From contig JAEDGC010000004.1 of NCBI GenBank assembly GCA_016297695.1, positions 8,074 to 72,073 of the forward strand: 64,000 nt of DNA. Direction: 5' to 3'. Below are positions 47,507 through 57,526 of this stretch, piece by piece (the stretch's first letter is position 1; the number at the start of each line of letters is the position of its first letter). Origin of the DNA: Bacilli bacterium (GTDB lineage Bacteria > Bacillota_I > Bacilli_A > RF39 > UBA660). Made by a program: the position numbers and the translations under genes. The notes beneath the pieces are model-generated. The model ran no database searches, was not told the DNA's origin, and was given only the letters and a program-made list of their open reading frames with translations.

Positions 47507-47752
47507 ATGAATAATAAAAATAGATTAAATATGATATTTAGAATATTTGAAAAACTTTTTGAAGCAGGATTTACAACAGATAAAGCAATCTTAAAAATGC
47601 AAATGAATGATATAAAAAGAATAAATGGTGGATTAAGTTCACAAGAGTTAAATTTTGTTTTAGAAATACAAGAAGCAATAAAAAATAAAGAATTAATACC
47701 ATATATGAGTGGTAAACAATCTGAAAAAAAGGAGATGAAGAAAGATGAATAA
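47507..47752 (+). CDS. hypothetical protein, 81 aa
   Basis: ORF with GGAGATGATG RBS region. No family recognised. Confidence 0.5.
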   Translation: MNNKNRLNMIFRIFEKLFEAGFTTDKAILKMQMNDIKRINGGLSSQELNFVLEIQEAIKNKELIPYMSGKQSEKKEMKKDE

Positions 47753-47969
47753 ATATGAATTTAATGTAACTTTATTTGGAAATGTAACACTAGAGGTAAT
47801 GGCAGAAAGCAGAGAACAAGCAAAAGAAATGGTTCAAGATTTAATGGAAAATATTGAAGTTAAAAATATCAGATTACAAGAAACAAAAAAGGAAAATATT
47901 ACTATATCAGATAGTGATTTTAAAATGAATATTTCAAATAAAAATAGGGATTTAGCAGTAGAAAGGTAG
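47745..47969 (+). CDS. hypothetical protein, 74 aa
   Basis: ORF overlapping the upstream stop (ATGAATAA), with AAGGAGATG upstream. Confidence 0.5.
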   Translation: MNKYEFNVTLFGNVTLEVMAESREQAKEMVQDLMENIEVKNIRLQETKKENITISDSDFKMNISNKNRDLAVER

Positions 47970-47975
47970 GATAAT

Positions 47976-48314
47976 ATGAGAAAAAATAGTTATAAAGATT
48001 TTTGCGAATTAGAAGTAGCATTCAGTGGAAGAATTAAAATGATGACACCAGATTTAGCACATAAAGATGGGTATGAAATATTGTTAGAAGTATATGATGA
48101 AGATGTTAATGATTTTTTCTATATGAGAATGGTTTTATGTGTTAATGAATTATCTTTAGTTGAAGATGAATTTCAAGTTGGAGATGATGTTTATATAAAT
48201 GGAACATTAATTTTTAATAGTGAAGAAGATGGTTTTGGAGACCCAAGATTATTATTATTGGTTAAAAACTTTATATATTTGGAGGAGGAATACAATGACA
48301 GGATTTGCAAGTAA
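47976..48314 (+). CDS. hypothetical protein, 112 aa
   Basis: ORF from the track with AAAGGTAGG RBS. Confidence 0.5.
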   Translation: MRKNSYKDFCELEVAFSGRIKMMTPDLAHKDGYEILLEVYDEDVNDFFYMRMVLCVNELSLVEDEFQVGDDVYINGTLIFNSEEDGFGDPRLLLLVKNFIYLEEEYNDRICK

Positions 48315-48630
48315 AACACCACCAGTAAAAGTGGTAGTAGACAAACAATATTTTAATATGTTAATTCAAGTATTAACAAAAATAGAAAAAATAGAAGAAG
48401 ACGAAAGAGAACTTGATCGTGTAAAAAAATTAAAGGAAAAGATACTAACATATAGTATTCCAAGAGAAGAAGACGGAACAACTTTAATTGATATGAGATT
48501 TTTTGTTAATGAAGCATCAACACTAATAAGTAAGTTGATGTTTTTATTTGAAGAAAATATTGAAATAGAAGCAGATTATTTTGAGGTATTACAAAAAGTC
48601 AGAGCAAGTAAAAAAACAGCAAGTGAGTAG
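48295..48630 (+). CDS. hypothetical protein, 111 aa
   Basis: ATG 48295 after GGAGGAGG. The longer track ORF (48220) lies inside the previous gene. Confidence 0.5.
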   Translation: MTGFASKTPPVKVVVDKQYFNMLIQVLTKIEKIEEDERELDRVKKLKEKILTYSIPREEDGTTLIDMRFFVNEASTLISKLMFLFEENIEIEADYFEVLQKVRASKKTASE

Positions 48631-48666
48631 TTATTTATTTAACTTTAAGGTAAAGGAGGTGTAATA

Positions 48667-51600
48667 ATGGCTACTAAATATAAGTTTATAACAGATTTAT
48701 ATAAAGAAACTTTGGATTATTTTAATAGAAACACAGATTCATGGATAGAATTCCTTGACTGTGCTTCTATGAATTATAAATATCCGTTTCAAGACCAAGT
48801 ATTAATATATGCACAGAAACCGACAGCAAGAGCATGTGCAGATATAGAAACATGGAATAGAACTCTTAAAAGATGGGTTAATAAAGGTGCAAAAGGAATA
48901 GCACTTTTAACAGATGAAAATGGTTATCCTCATTTAAGATATGTTTTTGATGTTGCAGATACAAATAGTAGATATAATAATAAAATAAGATTATGGAGCG
49001 TAAATCATAAATATGAAGCAGATATAATTGAATCGTTAGAAAATAAATATGGTGAATTAGAAAATAAAGAAAACTTATCACAAGCACTAATTAGTGTTGC
49101 TAATATTATGGTAGAAGATAATCTTGAAGAATATTTATCTGAAATGAATGAATATGTAGATAAACTACAAGGTTTATCAATAGAAGATAAAAAAATAAAT
49201 GAAGCACTAAAAAACTTTATAAAGATTAGTGTTTCATATATGTTATTAAAAAGAAGTGGATTAGAACCTAATAAATATCTTAATATGGAAGATTTTAGAG
49301 ATGTAATGTATTTCAATGGTCCTAATGTATTATCAACTATTGGATTTGCTACAAGTGATATAGCAAAAATGGGATTAAAAAATATATATGAAACTTTAAA
49401 AAATGTACGAATAAGTGAATTAAAGAAAATTCGTACATTTGATAATGAAAATAATAATGTATATGATAATAGTGTAAGCACGGATAATCGTGAAAGGAGT
49501 GATTTAGATGATAACTTACAAAACACAAGGAGATTATCAGATTCCAGAATTATATCTTCAAGAACCGAACCATACACAGGAGATAGGGAAATACGGACTG
49601 ATGAGATTGGATTATCTCAAGAAGAACAAGAAAAATCTTTATTCAACATTACTAATGAACAATCAATTAACGAGCCACTTGATAGAGATAGACAATACGG
49701 CAACAATGAGAGTGGAACAAATGATAGAGGAAATGAAGAAGAAAGAGAATATAACAGAGGAATTGAAACAGAACAATCAAATGGAATGGGTTGGGAAAAT
49801 GAACAACTTGAAGATGATGGCAGAAGAAATAGTAAAACAAGAACTAATAATGATTTAGGTATTTATGAAAAGAGTGATGAACATCATTCTTTTTATGTGG
49901 TAACAGATCATAAAATAAATTTAATATTAGCAAATACTCCACATTTAAAAGTGGATAATAGACATATTATTGATTATTTTAAAAATGAAACTGATAAAGA
50001 TAAAAGGGCAGAATATTTAAAAAGTATATTTAATAATGATTATACTGGCGTAATGATAAATGATACCATGTATGGATATAAGCCATTTGAAAATGGTGTT
50101 TTATTTTGGAAAGAAAACTTTTTAACAAGAGATACAGAAAGTTTAGTTAGTTGGGAAGATTTAACTGACCATTATTCATCAATGATATTATTAAATCAAT
50201 TAAAAACAATAGAAAAGCCATTAAGAAGTGTTAATGAGCAAATATCTTTAATTGAAAGTATGGAAATACCATTAAATGATATAGAAATTTCACAAGAGTT
50301 TTTAGACAGATATTTACAGGAACAACATAAAGATTTTAGATACAGAATATATGAAGAATTTAGTAAAAATCTAGCAACAAAAGATAATATTGATTTTTTA
50401 AAAGATATTTATGGTCTGGGTGGTTCTTCCTATACTATAAAAGGTTCTGGTATAGGAGAAGAACATGATTCGAAAGGAATAACTTTTTATAGGGGATATT
50501 TAGATAGTACAGTAAGAAAACAATTATTCACTTGGAGTCAAATAGTAAAAAGAATTAAAGAATTAATAAAGGTAGAGAGATTTTTAAGTGAAAAAGAATT
50601 AGAGGAATATCCAAATTGGTTGGAAAAAGAATTACAAGAAAGAGAATATAGAGAACAACACCCATATTCTTTTTTAGAAGAAAATAAAATTGAATATGAG
50701 GAACCTGAATATGAATATCATTTAGGTGATAAAGTTTATATAGGAATAGATGAATATGAAATTCTAGAATTTGATGATGAAATAGTCAGATGTTATGATT
50801 ATCAATATCCATTATTTAATAAGGAGTTCACAAGAGAAGAATTTGATAGAAAAGTAAAAGAAAATCCAGGGAATAAGCATTTAATTAAGATAGAAAGTGA
50901 AAGTATCCCAGTAGTTGAATCAACTAGCCTAGAAGAAGAATTGGAAGAAAATAAAACAATAACTGAAAAAATAGATGATGATTTAAATAGTTATATTGGC
51001 AACGAATTGACTATTAATGATAGAAAATATGTAATTGATGAAATCAACAAAGATAACACTTCATTAAAAGATATAACATTTAATAATGCAACAGGTTTTC
51101 CTATTTTTAGAGATGAATCTACTGAAAGAGTATTAGAATTATTAGATGAGAAGAACAAAAGCATAATACCAGAGTTTGAAAAGAAAAAAGTAAGAAAAAC
51201 AACAACTTTTGATATCCATCCAGAAATAAAAAATAAAGATAGAAATCAATTTGTTATTACTGACGATAATTTAGGAATTGGAACACCAAAAGAAAAATAT
51301 CAAAGAAATATAGAAGCAATTAATGTTTTGAAAAAATGTGAAGAAGAAGACAGATTTGCTACACCAGAAGAACAAAGAGTATTAGCAGAATATGTAGGTT
51401 GGGGTGGATTATCACAAGCATTTGATGAAAATAATATTCAATGGAGTAATGAATATAAAGAACTTAAATCATTACTAACTGAAGAAGAATATAAAAATGC
51501 AATGGAGTCAACTTTAACAGCATTTTATACACCACCTATTGTAATTCGTTCAATGTATAAAGCATTAGAAAATATGGGATTTAAAAATGGTAATATATTA

Positions 51601-54600
51601 GAACCTTGTTGTGGTGTTGGTAACTTTTTAGGAATGATACCAGACACATTAAAAACAAGTAATTTATATGGAGTAGAATTAGATTCGATTAGTGGTAGAA
51701 TTGCAAGAGAGTTATATCAAAAGTCTTCAATAGCAGTAGAGGGGTTTGAAAAAACAGAGCTTCCTGATTCATTTTTTGATGTAGCAATAGGTAATGTGCC
51801 ATTTGGTGATTTTAAATTAAATGATAAAAGGTATGATAAAAATAATTTTCTAGTTCATGATTATTTCTTTGCGAAAACATTAGATAAAGTACGACCAGGT
51901 GGAGTAATTGCTTTTATAACAAGTAAGGGAACAATGGATAAAGAAAATCCTGCTGTTAGAAAGTATATTGCACAAAGAGCAGAACTTTTAGGGGCAATAA
52001 GACTTCCAGATACAACATTTAAAAATAATGCAGGAACAGAGGTAACAAGTGATATTATTTTCTTACAAAAAAGAGATGGTATAACAGATATTATTCCAGA
52101 TTGGGTATATTTAGATAAAGATGAAAATGGAATAACAATGAATAAATATTTCATGGATAATCCAGATATGATTATGGGTAATATGGAAATGGTAAGTACA
52201 AGATTTGGATATGATTCTGCTTGTAAGTTAGAAGATAGTTCAAAACTTGAAGATATGTTAAATAATGCTATAACAAATATTCATGCCGAAATAAATGAAT
52301 ATGATATTGAAGAAGTTGATGAAGAAGACTTATCAATACCTGCAGATGTCAATGTAAGAAATTTCTCTTATACTATTGTAGATGGAAAAGTATATTTTAG
52401 AGAAAATAGTAAAATGTATCCACAGGAATTAGCATTAACAACTGAAAATAGAGTCAAAAGCATGATAGAATTAAGAGATTGTGTAAGGAGATTAATTGAT
52501 TTACAAATAAATGATTATCCAGATGAAGATATAAAGAAAGAACAAATCAAACTCAATAGTTTATATGATAGTTTTAATAAGAAATATGGTCTTATAAATA
52601 GTAGAGCAAATAATATTGCTTTCTCAAATGATAGTAGTTATTTCTTATTATGTTCACTTGAAATTCTAAATGAAAATGGTGAACTAGCAAGAAAAGCCGA
52701 TATGTTTACTAAAAGAACAATAAGACCACATGTAGAAATTACAAAAGTAGATAATGCAAATGAGGCATTGATTATATCCATATCAGAAAAGGCAAAAGTT
52801 GATATGGATTTTATTATGGAATTAACTGGTAAAACAGAAGATGAAATAGTTAAAGATTTAGAGGGAGATATCTTCTTAATACCGACAAATAGTAATGAAA
52901 AAGTTTATGTTACGCAAGATGAATATTTAAGTGGAAATGTAAGACAAAAACTTAAAGATGCTGAATATTATAATTCTATAAATCCTATTTATAATTCTAA
53001 TATAAGATATTTAAAAGAAGCACAACCGAAAGATTTAAGTGCAAGTGAAATAAGTGTAAGACTTGGAGCAACTTGGATACCAGAGAGTGATATAAAAGAC
53101 TTTATTAAATATCTATTAGAACCTAACTATTATAATTCTGAAAGAATTAAAGTTCACTATTCAGAAGTTAATGGTGAGTGGAATATAGAAAATAAAAGTA
53201 TTGATAAATGGAATGTTAAAGCCAATACAACTTATGGTACAAGTAGAGCCAATGCTTATAGAATTATAGAAGACTCACTAAATTTAAGAGATATTAAAAT
53301 TTTTGATTATGAGTATGATAATAATGGTAAAAGAACACAAGTTTTAAACAAAAAGGAAACAGCGATAGCACAAGGTAAGCAAGAACAGATAAAGTTGAAA
53401 TTTAATGAATGGATTTGGTCAGATCCAGATAGACGAGAAAGGTTAACTAAAATATATAATGAATTATATAATTCAATTAAAAATAGAGAATATGATGGTT
53501 CACATATATCTTTTGGTGGTATGAATCCAGAAATTAAATTAAGGACACATCAAGTAAATGCGATTGCAAGAATTTTATATGGTGGAAACACTTTACTAGC
53601 ACACGAAGTAGGTGCAGGTAAAACTTTTGAAATGGTAGCAGCAGCAATGGAAAGTAAAAGACTAGGATTATGCAATAAATCATTATTTGTAGTACCTAAT
53701 CATATTATTGAACAATTTGCTAGTGAGTTCTTACAACTCTATCCGAGTGCCAATATTTTAGTATCAACTAAAAAAGATTTTGAAACTGCTAACCGAAAAA
53801 AATTCTGTTCAAGAATAGCAACAGGAGATTATGACGCAATTATAATAGGACATTCTCAATTTGAAAAAATTCCAATGTCAGTAGAAAGACAAGTTAAAAT
53901 CTTAAATCAACAATTGGATGATATAACAAGAGGTATAAAAGAACTTAAAGCAAATGGTGGAGAAAACTTTTCTATTAAATCTTTAATGAAATCACAAAAA
54001 TCAATTCAAAATAAACTTGATAAACTAAATAGTCAAGATAGAAAAGATGATGTTATAACATTTGAAGAATTAGGAGTAGATAGATTATTTGTAGATGAGG
54101 CACATTATTATAAAAATTTATATCTATATACTAAAATGAGAAATGTTGGTGGTATAGCCCAAACAGAAGCACAAAAGAGTTCTGACTTATTTATGAAATG
54201 TAGATATTTAGATGAATTAACTGGCAATAGAGGTGTAATTTTTGCAACTGGTACTCCAATATCTAATTCAATGGTAGAACTATATACAATGCAAAGATAT
54301 CTTCAATATGACAAACTATTAGATAATCATTTACAACATTTTGATTCATGGGCAAGTACCTTTGGAGAAACAATCACAGCAATAGAGTTAGCACCAGAGG
54401 GGACAGGATATAGAAGTAAAACAAGATTTGCTAAATTTTATAATCTACCAGAACTAATGTCCTTATTTAAAGAAGTTGCAGATATTCAAACATCAGACAC
54501 ATTAAATCTACCTGTACCAAAAGCAAACTATAATAATATAGTTATAAAACCTAGTGATGTACAATTAGAACTTGTAGAATCATTTGGTGAGAGAGCAGAA

Positions 54601-56001
54601 CTTGTAAGAAATAAGCAAGTACCATCTACCGAAGATAATATGTTAAAAATAACAAATGATGGAAGAAAACTAGCACTCGATCAGCGATTAATAAATGAAA
54701 TGCTACCAGATTATGAAACAAGTAAAGTATCAGTATGTGCAGATAATGTTTATAAAATATGGGAAGAGAATAAAGAGAAAAAATTAACTCAGTTATTGTT
54801 CTGTGATATGTCAACACCACATAATGATGGAACATTTAATGTATATGATGATATAAGAAATAAACTAATAGAAAAAGGAATACCAGAAGAAGAAATAGAG
54901 TTTATTCATAATGCAGGAACAGAAGTTAAGAAAAAGGAATTATTTGCAAAAGTAAGAAAAGGACAAGTAAGAATCTTAATAGGTTCTACTCAAAAAATGG
55001 GTGCAGGAACTAATTGTCAAGATAAATTAATAGCATTACACGATTTAGATTGTCCATGGCGTCCTAGTGATTTAACACAAAGAAGTGGAAGAATCATAAG
55101 ACAAGGAAATCAAAATGATGAAGTATTTATATATAGATATGTTACTGAAAAAACATTTGATGCTTATTTATATCAGTTAGTAGAAAATAAACAAAAGTTT
55201 ATAGCCCAAATAATGACTTCTAAAACCCCTTTAAGAACTGCTGAAGATATAGATGAGGTTGCACTATCTTATGCAGAAATAAAGGCATTAGCAGCAGGAA
55301 ATCCACTTATTATTGAGAAAACAGATTTAGACGCACAAGTATCAAAATTACAATTATTAAAACAAAGTCATTTAAGTGAAATATATGAACTAGAAGATAA
55401 AGTTAGAAAAACTTATCCAAATCAGATTAAAGGATTAGAAAATAGAATAGTAGGTTATGAAAGAGATATAGAAGTAAGAGATAATAATTATAAAGAAGAT
55501 ATTTTTGAAATGACTATACTAGGAACTAAATATATTGAAAGAGCAGAAGCAGGTACAAGAATATTAGAAGAGTGTAAAAAAATGACTAATCCTAATCCTA
55601 TTGAAATTGGTGAGTTTTGTGGATTTAAAATGGAAATAAGTTTTGATTCATTAAGTAGAGAGTTTTTAATTAATCTTAAATGTAATTTATCACATCCTAC
55701 TATATTAGGGACAAGCAATACAGGAAATATAACTCGTATAGAAAATTTATTAGATAATTTTGAGAATAAATTATCAGAAAAAAAGACAGAGTTAGAAAAT
55801 GTTAAGGTTCAGTTTGAAAACGCTAAAAATGAATTAAAAAGACCATTTCCACAGGAGGATGAGTTGCAAGAAAAGACAAAGAGATTAAATGAATTAAATG
55901 TTTTATTAAATCTAAATGAAAAGACTAATGAAATCATTGATGATGAAAAAGAAGAAGAAAATAGAGATTTCTCTCAAAATAAAGAAGACTACGAAAGATA
56001 A
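48667..56001 (+). CDS. 2444-aa multidomain protein: ArdC-N-like ssDNA-binding domain, N6-adenine DNA methyltransferase, SNF2/DEAH helicase
   Basis: N-terminus NYKYPFQDQVLIYAQKPTARACADIETWNR..WVNKGAKGIALL (ArdC-N pattern). MTase motif I LEPCCGVGNFLG (~51598) and motif IV GNVPFG (~51790). Helicase motifs HEVGAGKTF (~53602), VDEAHYYKN (~54091), ATGTPISNS and TQRSGRIIRQGN (~55078). Coiled-coil tail. Confidence 0.9.
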   Translation: MATKYKFITDLYKETLDYFNRNTDSWIEFLDCASMNYKYPFQDQVLIYAQKPTARACADIETWNRTLKRWVNKGAKGIALLTDENGYPHLRYVFDVADTNSRYNNKIRLWSVNHKYEADIIESLENKYGELENKENLSQALISVANIMVEDNLEEYLSEMNEYVDKLQGLSIEDKKINEALKNFIKISVSYMLLKRSGLEPNKYLNMEDFRDVMYFNGPNVLSTIGFATSDIAKMGLKNIYETLKNVRISELKKIRTFDNENNNVYDNSVSTDNRERSDLDDNLQNTRRLSDSRIISSRTEPYTGDREIRTDEIGLSQEEQEKSLFNITNEQSINEPLDRDRQYGNNESGTNDRGNEEEREYNRGIETEQSNGMGWENEQLEDDGRRNSKTRTNNDLGIYEKSDEHHSFYVVTDHKINLILANTPHLKVDNRHIIDYFKNETDKDKRAEYLKSIFNNDYTGVMINDTMYGYKPFENGVLFWKENFLTRDTESLVSWEDLTDHYSSMILLNQLKTIEKPLRSVNEQISLIESMEIPLNDIEISQEFLDRYLQEQHKDFRYRIYEEFSKNLATKDNIDFLKDIYGLGGSSYTIKGSGIGEEHDSKGITFYRGYLDSTVRKQLFTWSQIVKRIKELIKVERFLSEKELEEYPNWLEKELQEREYREQHPYSFLEENKIEYEEPEYEYHLGDKVYIGIDEYEILEFDDEIVRCYDYQYPLFNKEFTREEFDRKVKENPGNKHLIKIESESIPVVESTSLEEELEENKTITEKIDDDLNSYIGNELTINDRKYVIDEINKDNTSLKDITFNNATGFPIFRDESTERVLELLDEKNKSIIPEFEKKKVRKTTTFDIHPEIKNKDRNQFVITDDNLGIGTPKEKYQRNIEAINVLKKCEEEDRFATPEEQRVLAEYVGWGGLSQAFDENNIQWSNEYKELKSLLTEEEYKNAMESTLTAFYTPPIVIRSMYKALENMGFKNGNILEPCCGVGNFLGMIPDTLKTSNLYGVELDSISGRIARELYQKSSIAVEGFEKTELPDSFFDVAIGNVPFGDFKLNDKRYDKNNFLVHDYFFAKTLDKVRPGGVIAFITSKGTMDKENPAVRKYIAQRAELLGAIRLPDTTFKNNAGTEVTSDIIFLQKRDGITDIIPDWVYLDKDENGITMNKYFMDNPDMIMGNMEMVSTRFGYDSACKLEDSSKLEDMLNNAITNIHAEINEYDIEEVDEEDLSIPADVNVRNFSYTIVDGKVYFRENSKMYPQELALTTENRVKSMIELRDCVRRLIDLQINDYPDEDIKKEQIKLNSLYDSFNKKYGLINSRANNIAFSNDSSYFLLCSLEILNENGELARKADMFTKRTIRPHVEITKVDNANEALIISISEKAKVDMDFIMELTGKTEDEIVKDLEGDIFLIPTNSNEKVYVTQDEYLSGNVRQKLKDAEYYNSINPIYNSNIRYLKEAQPKDLSASEISVRLGATWIPESDIKDFIKYLLEPNYYNSERIKVHYSEVNGEWNIENKSIDKWNVKANTTYGTSRANAYRIIEDSLNLRDIKIFDYEYDNNGKRTQVLNKKETAIAQGKQEQIKLKFNEWIWSDPDRRERLTKIYNELYNSIKNREYDGSHISFGGMNPEIKLRTHQVNAIARILYGGNTLLAHEVGAGKTFEMVAAAMESKRLGLCNKSLFVVPNHIIEQFASEFLQLYPSANILVSTKKDFETANRKKFCSRIATGDYDAIIIGHSQFEKIPMSVERQVKILNQQLDDITRGIKELKANGGENFSIKSLMKSQKSIQNKLDKLNSQDRKDDVITFEELGVDRLFVDEAHYYKNLYLYTKMRNVGGIAQTEAQKSSDLFMKCRYLDELTGNRGVIFATGTPISNSMVELYTMQRYLQYDKLLDNHLQHFDSWASTFGETITAIELAPEGTGYRSKTRFAKFYNLPELMSLFKEVADIQTSDTLNLPVPKANYNNIVIKPSDVQLELVESFGERAELVRNKQVPSTEDNMLKITNDGRKLALDQRLINEMLPDYETSKVSVCADNVYKIWEENKEKKLTQLLFCDMSTPHNDGTFNVYDDIRNKLIEKGIPEEEIEFIHNAGTEVKKKELFAKVRKGQVRILIGSTQKMGAGTNCQDKLIALHDLDCPWRPSDLTQRSGRIIRQGNQNDEVFIYRYVTEKTFDAYLYQLVENKQKFIAQIMTSKTPLRTAEDIDEVALSYAEIKALAAGNPLIIEKTDLDAQVSKLQLLKQSHLSEIYELEDKVRKTYPNQIKGLENRIVGYERDIEVRDNNYKEDIFEMTILGTKYIERAEAGTRILEECKKMTNPNPIEIGEFCGFKMEISFDSLSREFLINLKCNLSHPTILGTSNTGNITRIENLLDNFENKLSEKKTELENVKVQFENAKNELKRPFPQEDELQEKTKRLNELNVLLNLNEKTNEIIDDEKEEENRDFSQNKEDYER

Positions 56002-56061
56002 ATTTGCACATTTGTTAAATTAAAAAACATGATTTATCCTTTATTTCAAAGGAGGGAAAAT

Positions 56062-56424
56062 ATGTTCAAACATACGAAAGGTCAAGACTTATTAATTAAA
56101 ACTAATGAAGACTTTCTTATAGACTTATGTGAGAATTGTTTAATAGAATATTTTGCTAAAGTATTATCAGAATTAGAAGAAACTGATAAAGAATATCAAT
56201 TTCTTATGAAAAAGCAAGAAAATATATTAGATAAATATCCTAAGTTAAGAGATGTATTAGAAGATCGTGATATAGTAAATTTAAGTAAGCAAGAAGTTAA
56301 GTTTTATATAAAGTTTCTTGATTATAAATCGCAATCAGATTGGATAGAACAAAGAGAATTGTTTTATAAAGGTATATCTATTGCTTATGATTTATTTATA
56401 AAACTCGGAATTATAAGAGAATAA
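56062..56424 (+). CDS. hypothetical protein, 120 aa
   Basis: ATG 56062 after GGAGGG. Flanked by two copies of AAATTTGCACATTTGTT. Confidence 0.55.
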   Translation: MFKHTKGQDLLIKTNEDFLIDLCENCLIEYFAKVLSELEETDKEYQFLMKKQENILDKYPKLRDVLEDRDIVNLSKQEVKFYIKFLDYKSQSDWIEQRELFYKGISIAYDLFIKLGIIRE

Positions 56425-56513
56425 TTTAAGAATTACAAATGTGTAAAAATTAAATTTGCACATTTGTTTTTCTTTTATATTGTAATTATAATTCTCTCGG
56501 ATGGAGGAGTTAT

Positions 56514-56741
56514 ATGGAAATATGTAAGGCAAGAGAAGTAGTAGTTAAAAATATAAAAAAGTTAAGAGAAAGTTTAAATTTGAATGAGAGAGAATTCGGA
56601 AGAAGAATTGGAAAAAGTGAAAGTTTTGTAAAAAAACTTGAAGCAAATAAATATACTCGTGAAGTAAATATAACATTATTAATTAGGATTAGTGAAGTAT
56701 ATGAAATAGATATAAAAGACCTATTTACTGGCATAAAATGA
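56514..56741 (+). CDS. XRE (Cro/CI) family HTH transcriptional regulator
   Basis: VKNIKKLRESLNLNEREFGRRIGKSESFVKKLEANKY...ISEVYEIDIKDLF fits the HTH_3 pattern. GGAGGAG RBS. Confidence 0.8.
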   Translation: MEICKAREVVVKNIKKLRESLNLNEREFGRRIGKSESFVKKLEANKYTREVNITLLIRISEVYEIDIKDLFTGIK

Positions 56742-56754
56742 GAGTGTGTTAATT

Positions 56755-56783
56755 TGACATTTGATGTCTTTTATGTTAATATA
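56755..56783 (+). promoter_or_regulatory. near-consensus sigma-A promoter with an embedded inverted repeat
   Basis: TTGACA, 17-nt spacer, TAATAT. GACAT-TTG-ATGTC overlaps the -35 box and the spacer. Confidence 0.55.
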
Positions 56784-56820
56784 AGCCCCATATTAAAACT
56801 TTATTAGTGGGGGGTTAATT

Positions 56821-57486
56821 ATGGAAATTTTTGATAAAGAATATAATTATCTGTTTAATAAATTTTTTGGAAATAGTGAAATAATAGGTAATCCAAGAAA
56901 ATTAAAAGATAAAGAAGTTGAAGAAGTTGAAGCTTTAATAAACGGAGTAGAATATACAGGATATAATTATTCTTATGGAAATGTTGTTTTTGTACCAAAA
57001 GGAATTAATTTAAAAGGTGATTTTGCTCCTGTATATTTGTTAGGGAAAAGTTCTATTGGCTTTCATTTTTCAATTGTTTCAAAGACAAATGGTTTATTAG
57101 AAGAAAAATTATATTATTTAAATAGCCGACCATATGATACAGAAAAAACAATAGAAACAATGTACGATTATTCATCATATCAAGATAATAATAATGAACT
57201 TTTAAAAGTATTTGAGCAAGAAAATATGAGTATTGATTTATTTATGATAGCAAGAAAATATAGTAGTGTCATTAGAGAAAATCATAAATTTTTTAAGGTA
57301 ATGATTAATAAATATGAAGAAAAAGTAGAACGCTTAATATTAAATGGAACTAGAACAGAGTTGTTCAAAAAGTTTGTTTCTGGTATTGATTTATATGAAT
57401 CTATTGATATTGGAGATAAAACTATGTTTGAATCCATTGATGAATTATTAGAAATAGAAAACGAAAAAGTTAAGAAAAAAATTTAA
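56821..57486 (+). CDS. hypothetical protein, 221 aa
   Basis: ORF from the track with a G-rich RBS. No family recognised. Confidence 0.6.
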   Translation: MEIFDKEYNYLFNKFFGNSEIIGNPRKLKDKEVEEVEALINGVEYTGYNYSYGNVVFVPKGINLKGDFAPVYLLGKSSIGFHFSIVSKTNGLLEEKLYYLNSRPYDTEKTIETMYDYSSYQDNNNELLKVFEQENMSIDLFMIARKYSSVIRENHKFFKVMINKYEEKVERLILNGTRTELFKKFVSGIDLYESIDIGDKTMFESIDELLEIENEKVKKKI

Positions 57487-57510
57487 AAGTAGAGAAATCT
57501 ACTTTTTTTT
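57487..57510 (+). terminator. rho-independent terminator
   Basis: Hairpin aagtaga-gaaa-tctactt followed by a T run. Confidence 0.7.
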
Positions 57511-57526
57511 ATGGAGGTGAAAAATT

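Noticed and set aside
48878-55718. ORFs inside the 2444-aa gene: antisense 48878-49087, 49005-49577, 51861-52154, 54626-54835 and 55488-55718, plus alternative-frame 49508-49858 (+)
   Set aside because: The main frame is continuous and carries ordered MTase and helicase motifs. The 116-aa plus-strand ORF lies in the low-complexity linker region, where alternative frames stay open by chance.
56510-56734. Minus-strand 74-aa ORF mirroring the XRE gene
   Set aside because: The plus-strand frame gives a textbook HTH_3 sequence with an RBS. The antisense frame is hydrophobic low-complexity.
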